DNA of 64,000 nt. It comes from Patescibacteria group bacterium. Its GTDB lineage: Bacteria; Patescibacteriota; Gracilibacteria; UBA4473. Shown here piece by piece: positions 47,381 to 57,076 of the stretch. A model generated the notes under the pieces. It did not search any database, had not been told where the DNA came from, and saw only the letters and a list, made by a program, of their open reading frames with translations. Where the stretch lies: positions 640,001-704,000 of the forward strand of contig CBFIAK010000001.1 of NCBI GenBank assembly GCA_965660445.1, written 5' to 3'. Within the stretch, counting starts at the first letter, position 1, and every line of letters begins with the position of its first letter. A program made the position numbers and the translations under genes.

Positions 47381-49537
47381 ATGCTGTATTATACAATTTG
47401 GATTCGAGGAGTGAAACATTTTTTTACATGGTCATCAAGAGACGAGATATCTATAGGGGCGAGAGTGATAGTTCCGTTTCGAAACCGATTGCGTATTGGG
47501 ATTATTATAGAACAAGTAGAAAAACCAACTGAATATGATGTCCTTCCTATTAAGGAAGTTCTCGATGCTTTTTTTGTGACGCCTCAAACCATTGCGGTCT
47601 CAAAACGTATTGCGTTTGAAAATGCATCAACTCTTCAGAAAATACTGGGACTATGCGTTAGTGAAGTGTTTATGACCAAAAAAGATCCAGCACAGTATGA
47701 TATGGTTTATACATACATACCAGAATGTGATGAGTCTTGCATAATAGGAAAGAAACAAAAAGAAGTATTGCAGTTTTTTCGTGATAAACAGATTCAAACC
47801 GTCTCACAATCTATACTGAGTAATATTGCTTCACCCCAAACATTAAAAACATTAGAACAAAAAGGAATACTGAAGAAAGAAAAAAAGGGGATTACTCGAA
47901 CTCATGCCGTAGGACATATGCCAATTCGAAAAACGTTTCCTCTTACAAAGGAACAAAACCAAGCGTATGAATCTATTATGCAATCTCAAAAGCCAGTACT
48001 TCTGTTTGGAGTAACGGGAAGCGGAAAAACAGAAATTTATAAACATATTGCGAAAGACATTCTTCAAAAAGATTCATCGGCACAAGTATTATTTTTACTT
48101 CCAGAAATAGCACTAACCGCTCAACTTATTGCGGACTTTGAGTCTTTATTTCCTCATGTACTATCCGTATGGCATTCGCAGATGTCTCAACGTGAAAAAA
48201 CACAAGAATATGAACGAATTCGATATGGGCATTCACGTATTTTGATAGGTACACGTTCCGCATTATGGGCTCCGTTTCAAAACTTAAAAGTTCTTTTAAT
48301 AGACGAAGAACACGAATGGACGTTTAAAAACGAATCAAGTCCTCGTTATTGGGCACACGATGTCGCTCATCAGCTTTCACAAGAATGGCAAGCAAAGCTC
48401 GTACTAGGAAGTGCAACACCCCGCATAGAGAGTTTAAAACTCTGTGATGAGGGGGTGTGGAATATGGTATCTCTCGATCATCGAGTTCATAAAACAAAAA
48501 TGCCTCATGTTCATATTGTTGATTTAAAAAATGAAGCCAAGAAAGGAAATTATAGTCCTTTTTCAGAAGACTTAATTGAGGCTTTAAAGCAGACATTGAG
48601 AAACGATAAACAAGCCGTTCTTTTCTTAAACAAAAGAGGATACAGTGGGAGTACACAGTGTAAACACTGTGGACACTGTTTTGAGTGTCCAAATTGTTCA
48701 CACAACATGAAAATGCACGAACAAGGGAATAATCGAAAATTTATTTGTCATATTTGTGGACACCTTGAACCGTTTCGAGACATATGCCCAGAATGCAAAA
48801 CAAAAGATTTTCAACTCAAAGGGTGGGGTACACAAATGGTCGAAAAAAAACTCAAAGAACTTTTTCCTGAAGAAACTATTCTTCGTGCTGATGCAGATAG
48901 TATTAAAAAAAGAGAAGATTTTCATACATTACTCAATGATTTTCATGGAAAAAAAGGGCGAATTCTTTTAGGGACGCAAATGATTGCGAAAGGACTTGAT
49001 TTTGATGATGTTCACTTGGTAGGAGTATTGCTTGCCGATGTAGGGCTAAATCTTCCTGATTTTCGTTCTGAAGAACGTGTTTTTCAACTTCTTATGCAGG
49101 TATCCGGAAGAGCTGGTAGGCGTGAAGCTCAAGGGGAAATATATGTACAAACATTTCAAAGCCAAGATCCTCTTTTTTCTTTTTTAAAAAAATACGATAC
49201 AAAAGGGTTTCTGCAGATACAAAAAGAAAAAAGAAAAACCGTTTTCATGCCACCCTATATTGATTTACTGAAAATCACATACTCTCATGAAAAAAAAAAC
49301 ACAGCCTATAACCAAAGTCGTCATCTTTTAGAGAGTGTACAACAATACGCACAGAAAAAATCTCATGATTGGCACATCGATTACGCACCGGCTTTTTTTC
49401 CAAGAACTCATAATAAGTACCATTTTCATGTCTATATTCGAGGGCAAAAACAAGACCTTTTACAGTGTATTTACGATCTACGTCTTTTGGAAGAAACCAC
49501 TATAAAAATTGATATGAATCCATCAAGCATATTGTGA
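47381..49537 (+). CDS. priA: primosomal protein N'
   Basis: GVTGSGKTE, DEEH, two Zn-binding Cys clusters, GTQMIAKGLDF and QVSGRAGR motifs. Confidence 0.97.
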   Translation: MLYYTIWIRGVKHFFTWSSRDEISIGARVIVPFRNRLRIGIIIEQVEKPTEYDVLPIKEVLDAFFVTPQTIAVSKRIAFENASTLQKILGLCVSEVFMTKKDPAQYDMVYTYIPECDESCIIGKKQKEVLQFFRDKQIQTVSQSILSNIASPQTLKTLEQKGILKKEKKGITRTHAVGHMPIRKTFPLTKEQNQAYESIMQSQKPVLLFGVTGSGKTEIYKHIAKDILQKDSSAQVLFLLPEIALTAQLIADFESLFPHVLSVWHSQMSQREKTQEYERIRYGHSRILIGTRSALWAPFQNLKVLLIDEEHEWTFKNESSPRYWAHDVAHQLSQEWQAKLVLGSATPRIESLKLCDEGVWNMVSLDHRVHKTKMPHVHIVDLKNEAKKGNYSPFSEDLIEALKQTLRNDKQAVLFLNKRGYSGSTQCKHCGHCFECPNCSHNMKMHEQGNNRKFICHICGHLEPFRDICPECKTKDFQLKGWGTQMVEKKLKELFPEETILRADADSIKKREDFHTLLNDFHGKKGRILLGTQMIAKGLDFDDVHLVGVLLADVGLNLPDFRSEERVFQLLMQVSGRAGRREAQGEIYVQTFQSQDPLFSFLKKYDTKGFLQIQKEKRKTVFMPPYIDLLKITYSHEKKNTAYNQSRHLLESVQQYAQKKSHDWHIDYAPAFFPRTHNKYHFHVYIRGQKQDLLQCIYDLRLLEETTIKIDMNPSSIL

Positions 49538-51178
49538 CTATTGAAGGTATTCAGAAAAATCATCAAGTGTTGCTGTTTGAGGTTTATTTGATTGTGGTTT
49601 TTTATTGTCTTGCACAAACTGAACTTGAATATCAACGGAAAAAATTTGATGAATAACACGAGCAATCTCTTGAGCGTATACCGCTTTTTCATTCAGCTTA
49701 TCAATATGAAATTTTTGTATTGAATGGAATGAAACAACTTGATCCGATATTTTTGGTTTCGTAAACAAAAATGATTTTCGAACAAAGATCGGAATATCTG
49801 CTTTTTCAGAAATAAGTTTCATACGTTCTTCAATGGTTTTCGCAGAAAACTCTTTTGAAGTAGACGAACCTTCGGATGGGCTTGATGAAGATAAAACTTC
49901 TTTTTTCTCTTGATTTGGTGAAACAGGGGACTGTGGTGTATGATTTTGGTCATCAAATACAAACCCATGATCGCTCATTGTTGAAGATGCGTCTTTGTGC
50001 TGAGGCGGAGTTGGAACAACCTCTTTTTTCTCTATTTTTGTCGTCGAATCTAAAGGAGGGGTAACTGGTTTTGCGTTTGTTTCTTCTGTACTCGAAACGG
50101 TTTTTGGTTTCGTTGGTGATGAGGTGGAGACGTGAGTTTTTGTAGATGATGAAGCAGCGTGTGATGATGTATTGATATGAATAATCTGCAATACCGCTAT
50201 TTCAAATGGAAGTTCCATAATAGGAGTATTTTTCAGACGCATAAGGGCTTTTTCGAAATACTGAACCCATTGAATAAGCGTGACTAAAGTATCATTTTCA
50301 TCAATATGTTCGTGTATTTTTGATCGTAAGAATAATAAAAAATCGTGCCCAAATGTTCGCATATCATTTCCTGATACATGCAAAGAATGGAGTATCTGAA
50401 AAGCTTGTTTTTGATTCTTATCCCATAAAGCGTTGTAAAGCCCTTCAAGTGTTTGTGTTGAAGATATGCCGAGTGAGGCAAGCACACCTGATTCTGTTAT
50501 TTTTCCGTTACTCTCAGCTGAAATTTGATCGAGAAGCGAAACAGCATCTCTCATTCCACCTTCTGCCTTTCGTGCAATAAGTGATAATCCTTCCATTTCA
50601 AATGAAAATGATTCTTTTTTTGCAATATACGTTAATCGATCAATGAGTTGTTCAAGAGAGAACCGTTGAAAAGAAAAACACTGACATCGAGAAACAATAG
50701 TATCTGGTAGTTTGTGCATTTCCGTCGTCGCCAACAAAAAATAAGCGTGAGCAGGCGGTTCTTCCAGAGTTTTTAAAAGAGCATTAAATGCTGGAGTCGT
50801 GAGCATATGAACCTCATCAATAATATATATTTTTTTATCAGCTATATTCGGGGCGAAATGAATTTTTTCTCGCAAATCTCGAATCTCATCAATCCCACGA
50901 TTCGAAGCACCATCAATCTCGATAATATCAACAAATGAACCTTGCTGAATTTGATCATAGATATTTTTTTTTCTTTCTTCATCAGTAATATTTTGCACAA
51001 TAAGTTCTTTTGCAAATATACGAGCAATTGATGTTTTTCCAGTTCCTCGACTTCCAGAAAAAAGATATGCGTGTGCTGTTTTATGATTCTTCAGACTATT
51101 TTTCAGTGTTTGCACAACAGAATGTTGTCCAACTACATCTTCAAAGGTTTGAGGTCGATATTTCAGAAAGAGAGACAT
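49538..51178 (-). CDS. dnaX: DNA polymerase III subunit gamma/tau
   Basis: KYRPQTF..VVGQ, GSRGTGKT, IDEVHML and NALLKTLEEPP motifs. Confidence 0.97.
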   Translation of the reverse strand: MSLFLKYRPQTFEDVVGQHSVVQTLKNSLKNHKTAHAYLFSGSRGTGKTSIARIFAKELIVQNITDEERKKNIYDQIQQGSFVDIIEIDGASNRGIDEIRDLREKIHFAPNIADKKIYIIDEVHMLTTPAFNALLKTLEEPPAHAYFLLATTEMHKLPDTIVSRCQCFSFQRFSLEQLIDRLTYIAKKESFSFEMEGLSLIARKAEGGMRDAVSLLDQISAESNGKITESGVLASLGISSTQTLEGLYNALWDKNQKQAFQILHSLHVSGNDMRTFGHDFLLFLRSKIHEHIDENDTLVTLIQWVQYFEKALMRLKNTPIMELPFEIAVLQIIHINTSSHAASSSTKTHVSTSSPTKPKTVSSTEETNAKPVTPPLDSTTKIEKKEVVPTPPQHKDASSTMSDHGFVFDDQNHTPQSPVSPNQEKKEVLSSSSPSEGSSTSKEFSAKTIEERMKLISEKADIPIFVRKSFLFTKPKISDQVVSFHSIQKFHIDKLNEKAVYAQEIARVIHQIFSVDIQVQFVQDNKKPQSNKPQTATLDDFSEYLQ

Positions 51179-51306
51179 GCCATATAAAAAAAATCATGGT
51201 TTATACTATCGTATCAAGAAGAACGTGTAAAGAATGAAAAAAAACTTGACACATGTTATTTTGTATTTTATTTTATATGTGAAATTTAAATAAATAATTC
51301 TTTCCC

Positions 51307-51561
51307 ATGAATAAACCATCATCAGTAAATACACCTTCATCTTCACCATCTTCAAAACCGTCTACTCCAAACACAGCGGTTTCACAAACATCCAACAAAA
51401 TACAGTCAAAAGTATGGCGAATTTTAAGTATCGCTGGTGTAGGAGCTCTTGGTTCTATTGGAGGATCTCTTATCGGACTTGGTGCATTTGGATCGGGTAT
51501 TTCTGGTGGAGTACTTGGATCCGTTTATCAAAACAAAACAAAAGCTCAAAAAAACAAATAA
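51307..51561 (+). CDS. small glycine-zipper membrane protein
   Basis: Repeated GxxxG hydrophobic segment. Confidence 0.6.
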   Translation: MNKPSSVNTPSSSPSSKPSTPNTAVSQTSNKIQSKVWRILSIAGVGALGSIGGSLIGLGAFGSGISGGVLGSVYQNKTKAQKNK

Positions 51562-51625
51562 AATTGTGTATTTGATTTATAATAGAGAATAAGGTATAAT
51601 AAGAAGATTTATTATATCTTTTTTT

Positions 51626-53773
51626 ATGGAACAGTTACGACAAAACCCATTGCAATCTGAGAATCGAGAAACTCTTATTCAAGAGATTATCAGTTCAAAT
51701 CTTTTAAAAATAACACAAAATACAGAACAAGGACTTGAAGGAATTTTAGAATCCGATCAATTAGAACAGAGTATAGAACAAGAGTTTCGATCTATTGGAG
51801 AAAAAATAAAAAACGCATTATCACAGGAAAATACACAAGAAACAAGAGCTGACATATTAAATGTTATTGAACAAACAACCGATAATCCACAAATAGCACA
51901 GTGGTTATGTAAAAAGATGAGTATTGATTATCAGTCTTTAAAAAATGAAATACAAAAACCTTTTTCTCTTGAGAATCTTATCGAAGAAAACACATCAATA
52001 GGAGGCTCAAATTCTATTGAACAGAATCAAGATGCCATCTCTCCTTTATTAACCGTGAGCAGTCAAGATTTTGAAGTACAAAAAGCAAAGGTTGAAACGA
52101 ATCTTATACAGATACAAGACACATATCAAAGAGCTATTGCACATTGGTCAGAAAACTTAAAAGGAGAAGAATACGCATTATATAAATCACCTGAAATACA
52201 TTCAAAAATGGTACAGATTCTTCTGGAAACTATTCGTCAAGACTATTTAAAAAAAGGATACCTACCAGAATATGAAAAAACAGTTGATATACTTCTGGAT
52301 AATGCACAAAAAACAAATGTTTTCAAAAAAGGACTCAGTTCTTTTATGGGAATGTTTCGTCAAGAGAAAGAAACAAAAATTGATTCCGAATATTTAAAAG
52401 ATACGCTCAAAAGCTCTTTATTGCGTGAAAACATTCCGCAAGAATATACAAAAAACAACAATATTCTGCGTTCTTGTTATGAAAATGGGACATATGAACG
52501 ACTTCAAAAAAATCAAAATATTTTTATTGATAAATACAGTAATAGAGATCTCTCTTCGTTATCAGATAAAGAACTTGAGTACCATCTTGCATACACGAAG
52601 TCACAAGTGGAACTGTTAGAAACGGTTGATGAACATGTTCCAGAAGCTTATAAAACGGAATATGAAGCGGGGGTTTTGTCTGGTTCTATTGGGATTGTTT
52701 ATGAAGAATGGGTTGTGAAGGAAAAAATACCAAACATGTCTTCTTCTGAAAAAATGTCATACCGAGTGAATAGAATGATGAAACCTTTTCAAAAAACACT
52801 GACTCTTATCGGTAATATTTTTAAAAAACTCTTTAATGTTGACAGTGAAATGTCGTGGTCTGATGTATTTACAATGGATAAGAAAAAAGAAAACAAAACC
52901 TATACGGAAGCACAAAAAAAACATGATGAAGTACAACGTTTTCATGAAAAACAAAGTACAAAGAAAGAGTGTCTTGCTTTTTCTGCGCAAGAAAATCCTT
53001 CTCATAGCCAGTTTTTAGAAAACGCTGATCTTTCTCAATTAAAAGATTACTCTGAATGTATGAAGAATGCTTATTCTTTTCATGAAACAACAGGAGAAAA
53101 AATACAAACCTCATTTGAACAAGCTCAAATACTTCAAAAAATAAACAAAGGAGAAAATGTAATTCTCTTACATTATTGGATTAAAAAAGGATGGGCTTCT
53201 CTTATTGATGGAAATATAAACATAGGTGAAAGTAAATTTCCTTTATCTGATAGTTCCATAGAAAGACATAAAGGTGAATTCATAAAAGAGTCACGAATGG
53301 GACAGTTATGGCCCGATAATATACTCTTTGAATTTCATACAGAACGAACCCAGAAAACAATCAATCCAAAAAATGAGAATGAACAAAACCGTTTACAAGA
53401 TCTCCATGTACTTGATATGTATACTTTTGTAAAAACATTTGAAAACGAAAACGTAAAAAAGTTCCTTTCTTTAGCGAACAATAAAGACTTTATTGAACAG
53501 ATGAAAGACAAGAGTTCTACTGAAAGAACCATATCACTATCACTGCTTCAAGATATCGCACAAAGCAAAAAAAGCATTGATTATATTGGGTATGGTACAA
53601 CAGAAGAACAGAAACAAAAATCAAAAAATGCCATTATGGCTATGGGGAGTTCTGTTTTAGGATTCTTTACGCCTAAAGAGGAGACAACTGATGAAATAAA
53701 ATCACTGTATACCGTTTGTAATGGTGAAGCTCATACAATAACATCTCTACACGATATACAGCAATATATCTAA
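51626..53773 (+). CDS. hypothetical protein
   Basis: 715-aa ORF; promoter-like TTGATT…TATAAT upstream. Confidence 0.75.
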   Translation: MEQLRQNPLQSENRETLIQEIISSNLLKITQNTEQGLEGILESDQLEQSIEQEFRSIGEKIKNALSQENTQETRADILNVIEQTTDNPQIAQWLCKKMSIDYQSLKNEIQKPFSLENLIEENTSIGGSNSIEQNQDAISPLLTVSSQDFEVQKAKVETNLIQIQDTYQRAIAHWSENLKGEEYALYKSPEIHSKMVQILLETIRQDYLKKGYLPEYEKTVDILLDNAQKTNVFKKGLSSFMGMFRQEKETKIDSEYLKDTLKSSLLRENIPQEYTKNNNILRSCYENGTYERLQKNQNIFIDKYSNRDLSSLSDKELEYHLAYTKSQVELLETVDEHVPEAYKTEYEAGVLSGSIGIVYEEWVVKEKIPNMSSSEKMSYRVNRMMKPFQKTLTLIGNIFKKLFNVDSEMSWSDVFTMDKKKENKTYTEAQKKHDEVQRFHEKQSTKKECLAFSAQENPSHSQFLENADLSQLKDYSECMKNAYSFHETTGEKIQTSFEQAQILQKINKGENVILLHYWIKKGWASLIDGNINIGESKFPLSDSSIERHKGEFIKESRMGQLWPDNILFEFHTERTQKTINPKNENEQNRLQDLHVLDMYTFVKTFENENVKKFLSLANNKDFIEQMKDKSSTERTISLSLLQDIAQSKKSIDYIGYGTTEEQKQKSKNAIMAMGSSVLGFFTPKEETTDEIKSLYTVCNGEAHTITSLHDIQQYI

Positions 53774-53829
53774 AAAGAAGAAACCCAAAATATATTTACA
53801 ATTTTTATTTTTCTCTTTATCCTATACAC

Positions 53830-54261
53830 ATGACACAAACACCAATAACAAATACTGATATCAATATAGATGCACTCAAAACCATATCTGGTAAAACAGT
53901 GAAGGATTTTGTTATTCCAAGTGCACTGGCGCATAACGAAAAAGAACTCGTTCAACTGATTATGGAATCAGAAGCTATGGACGACGAAGAAAAACAATAC
54001 TGGTTCAACCTTACAAAAGTTATGAACGATTCTCAAAAAGAACGTTTATACGATATTTTACGACGAGAAAAACAAAAACTTGCAGAAATCCGAAACGGTG
54101 GAAAAGCTCCTGAATTAAATCCAGAAGAAGCACGAAAAAGAGCTGAAGAGCTCTCTCAAAAAAGAGCCGAACAACAAGCACAATTAGCACAAAAAGAAGC
54201 ACAAGCTCAATCACAAGAAAAGTTTAACGAAGAAGAATTACTTGATAGTGTTGACTGGTAA
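53830..54261 (+). CDS. hypothetical helical protein
   Basis: 143 aa; LV.LI..SE.M…EKQYW…M…Q…L..IL..E..KL pattern. Confidence 0.75.
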   Translation: MTQTPITNTDINIDALKTISGKTVKDFVIPSALAHNEKELVQLIMESEAMDDEEKQYWFNLTKVMNDSQKERLYDILRREKQKLAEIRNGGKAPELNPEEARKRAEELSQKRAEQQAQLAQKEAQAQSQEKFNEEELLDSVDW

Positions 54262-54265
54262 ACAC

Positions 54266-54967
54266 CTACAACATCCAGAGTAACCGATAGAGTGGGTATA
54301 CGAAAACAGCCCGCAGTATACGACGTATTCGGTATGGTTGCCGGATAAGTCGATAGAGCCATTCAAGTCCTATTGATTGCATCCATTTTGGTGCTCTTGG
54401 TACCTTTCCGCTCCAGAAATCAAACGTTCCACCTACACCAACAGCTATTCGAAGTGATGGGAGAAGATGAGCATTGTCACGAATCCATTCTTCTTGTTTT
54501 GGTGAACCAAGTGCTACAAGAATAACAACTGGATTTTTCTTTTGTATATTCTGAACCTCTTCCATATCACTTGCCCCAGCAATGATAAGGTTGGGGTATT
54601 TCTTTTTCATTGATTCTGCTGCCGATTGACTTACATTTTGACCACCAAGGAAATAGATTGATTTTTTTTCTTCCTCGCATACTTTACAAATAGTTTCAGC
54701 AAGTGTGACACCTGTTATACGATGTATGTACGTCCATGAACAGAGTAACTCGCACAATACAATACCAAATCCATCACACACATTTAGATATGTTGATGAT
54801 AAGAGTGCATGAAATTCTGGGTTTCTGTGTGCTGTTACAAGAAATTCAGGATTAACAGTTGCAATATGAGCGCACTTTTTTCCTTGCAAAAGAGAACGAC
54901 ATTCAGTGACAAACTCTGACAACGTGATATTATGCATCTGAATTCCTAAAATGGATATTGTTTTCAT
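54266..54967 (-). CDS. WecB/TagA/CpsF family glycosyltransferase
   Basis: TVNPE, DGFG, VALGSPKQE.W, GVGGTFDF and GLEWLYRL motifs; ATG at 54967. Confidence 0.95.
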   Translation of the reverse strand: MKTISILGIQMHNITLSEFVTECRSLLQGKKCAHIATVNPEFLVTAHRNPEFHALLSSTYLNVCDGFGIVLCELLCSWTYIHRITGVTLAETICKVCEEEKKSIYFLGGQNVSQSAAESMKKKYPNLIIAGASDMEEVQNIQKKNPVVILVALGSPKQEEWIRDNAHLLPSLRIAVGVGGTFDFWSGKVPRAPKWMQSIGLEWLYRLIRQPYRIRRILRAVFVYPLYRLLWML

Positions 54968-54979
54968 ATTATTATTCTG

Positions 54980-55306
54980 ATGAAAAAGTTTACGAAAATC
55001 AATGAAAGTTTTCAGTGTCTTCAGTGTCAGCATCAAAACACACCAGCCCCTCAGACATGCCGAAATCACTGTCAGGAATGTCTTCATTCGCTTCATGTTG
55101 ACATATATCCCGGAGATAGAGCTTCACTGTGTAAGGGGCTACTAAAGCCTATTGGCGTTGAGGTGAAAAAAGGCGAAATGCAATCTCTTTATTTTTGTTG
55201 TGAAAAATGTGGATTTCAAGGGAAAAATAAAATAGCTCAAGATGATAATCGAGAATCATTATTTCGTATCTTCTCGAATACAAAAACTCATCCCTATAAA
55301 CGATGA
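54980..55306 (+). CDS. RNHCP domain-containing protein
   Basis: NESF.C..C…CRNHC..CL.SLHVD..PGDR…C.G. Confidence 0.92.
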   Translation: MKKFTKINESFQCLQCQHQNTPAPQTCRNHCQECLHSLHVDIYPGDRASLCKGLLKPIGVEVKKGEMQSLYFCCEKCGFQGKNKIAQDDNRESLFRIFSNTKTHPYKR

Positions 55307-57072
55307 AATTGTTCATCTAAAGATGTGAATGAGAAAAAAATATGGTTTGGTCTTCCATGGGGACAAAGCGTTGCCCACTGGGTTTTTAAAAAATCATCAA
55401 GTAAATACTGCGCTTCTGCAATATCAATTTTATCTCCATACATAATAGCCCCACGACAACTTTTATATTCTAAAATTTTTCTCATACACTGATCAAGAAC
55501 ATCTTCTGATACCTCATGATTATCAATATACTTGAGTACATCTTGAAAGACATATGTTAAGTCTTTACTCGAAAAAAGTGATGGCACTTGAGATACTGAA
55601 AGAGTTTTTTCATGTGTTTTAAATAAAAACCCCATGCGTTCAAACAATGCACGATGTTCTTCAATTGATGATAATTCTTCACGAGAAAACGGAATTTCTT
55701 GAGGGGTTAAAAGAGGTTGATACGTATGAGAGTTTGCTTGATACGTATTCCATAGTTTTTCAAATCGTTCTCGTTCATGCAGTGCATGCTGATCAAACAA
55801 AAACACTCCATTTTCTGATTCTGCAACAATATATTTATGAGCTATTTGTCCGATAGCTTTTAAAAATGATGGTGATGAGGTGTCATGAGTATAACTCGTT
55901 TTTTCTGACGTTTGCTCAGAAACAAAATCTTGAAGTGCATAATCAGATGACGGAATCGATTCCGATCGTTGCATATGACGTTGAGAGAAAGAGGGGAGTG
56001 AAGTCAAAAACATTTCTTTCTTCCCAAAAGAAAATCCTTTCTGGGGTTGTGACTGTTCTCTTGGAGTATGAATATGAAGCGATGAAGTATCTTTTAGAGC
56101 TTCAATAACCGATCGACGAGTGAGCTGAAAAATATCAGCTGGTTCAGAAAACTTCACTTCCCGTTTTCTTGGATGTATGTTGACATCCACTAAGAGTGGA
56201 TCAGTATGAAGAAAAAGAATAAATACGGGATGTAAATGTTTTTCTATTCCACAGCTCTGCATGTATCCTTCTCGAACCGCAGTTGCAATACGATAATCAG
56301 AAACATGCCGTCCATTAACGAATAAATACTGATGAGATTTAGTGCGTGCCCCTTTCCCTGGTTTTATAATAAATCCCGATAAAAATGCATCATGAGATTC
56401 TCCTTTTATAGGAATTATATCGTTTGATATATGTGGTAAGACATCATGAATACGTTGCGTTATCGTATCTGTCTCACGCACACGCAGTACACAGGTGTTG
56501 TCTTTCCATAATTCAAATCCAATATGTGGATACGCTAAGGCAAAATAAGTGATTTCTTTGAGAATATGACGATATTCTGTTTCTGTTGATTTGAGATATT
56601 CTCGTCGGACAGGCGTCGTATAAAACAAATCACGAATAATAAGATGAGTTCCATGATTACAGGCAGTGTCCTTTGGGGCATGTGATTTTCCACCTTCTAC
56701 AAAAAGCAATGTCGCATTTTTCTCGTTTTCGGTTCTTGTTTTGAGTTCCAAACGAGATACCGCTGCAATAGCAGCAAGAGCTTCTCCTCGAAAACCAAAC
56801 GTATGAACCGAAAATAAGTCATCAATAGTGGTTATTTTAGAAGTTGCATGGCGCAACACTGATTTAACCGCATCTTCTCGCACCATTCCTATTCCATTAT
56901 CTTCGATTTCAATACGTGTTTTCCCTCCTTCTTCAATACGAACAATAATATGGCTTGCTTGTGCATCAATACTATTTTCCACACATTCTTTTACCACAGA
57001 AGCGGGTCGTTCTACCACCTCTCCTGCTGCAATCTGGTCAGAGACCGCAGACGATAAAATATGAATTGACAT
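55294..57072 (-). CDS. mutL: DNA mismatch repair endonuclease MutL
   Basis: IAAGEVVERPASVVKE, GFRGEAL, DQHALHERE.FE and CPHGRP motifs. Confidence 0.97.
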   Translation of the reverse strand: MSIHILSSAVSDQIAAGEVVERPASVVKECVENSIDAQASHIIVRIEEGGKTRIEIEDNGIGMVREDAVKSVLRHATSKITTIDDLFSVHTFGFRGEALAAIAAVSRLELKTRTENEKNATLLFVEGGKSHAPKDTACNHGTHLIIRDLFYTTPVRREYLKSTETEYRHILKEITYFALAYPHIGFELWKDNTCVLRVRETDTITQRIHDVLPHISNDIIPIKGESHDAFLSGFIIKPGKGARTKSHQYLFVNGRHVSDYRIATAVREGYMQSCGIEKHLHPVFILFLHTDPLLVDVNIHPRKREVKFSEPADIFQLTRRSVIEALKDTSSLHIHTPREQSQPQKGFSFGKKEMFLTSLPSFSQRHMQRSESIPSSDYALQDFVSEQTSEKTSYTHDTSSPSFLKAIGQIAHKYIVAESENGVFLFDQHALHERERFEKLWNTYQANSHTYQPLLTPQEIPFSREELSSIEEHRALFERMGFLFKTHEKTLSVSQVPSLFSSKDLTYVFQDVLKYIDNHEVSEDVLDQCMRKILEYKSCRGAIMYGDKIDIAEAQYLLDDFLKTQWATLCPHGRPNHIFFSFTSLDEQFHRL

Positions 57073-57076
57073 TCTA

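Noticed and set aside
46621-47400. CIRCE operator near hrcA
   Set aside because: No TTAGCACTC-N9-GAGTGCTAA found.
49895-50040. Programmed -1 frameshift in dnaX
   Set aside because: The A-runs read GAG AAA AAA GAR, not the A AAA AAG phase, and no clear stimulatory hairpin was seen.
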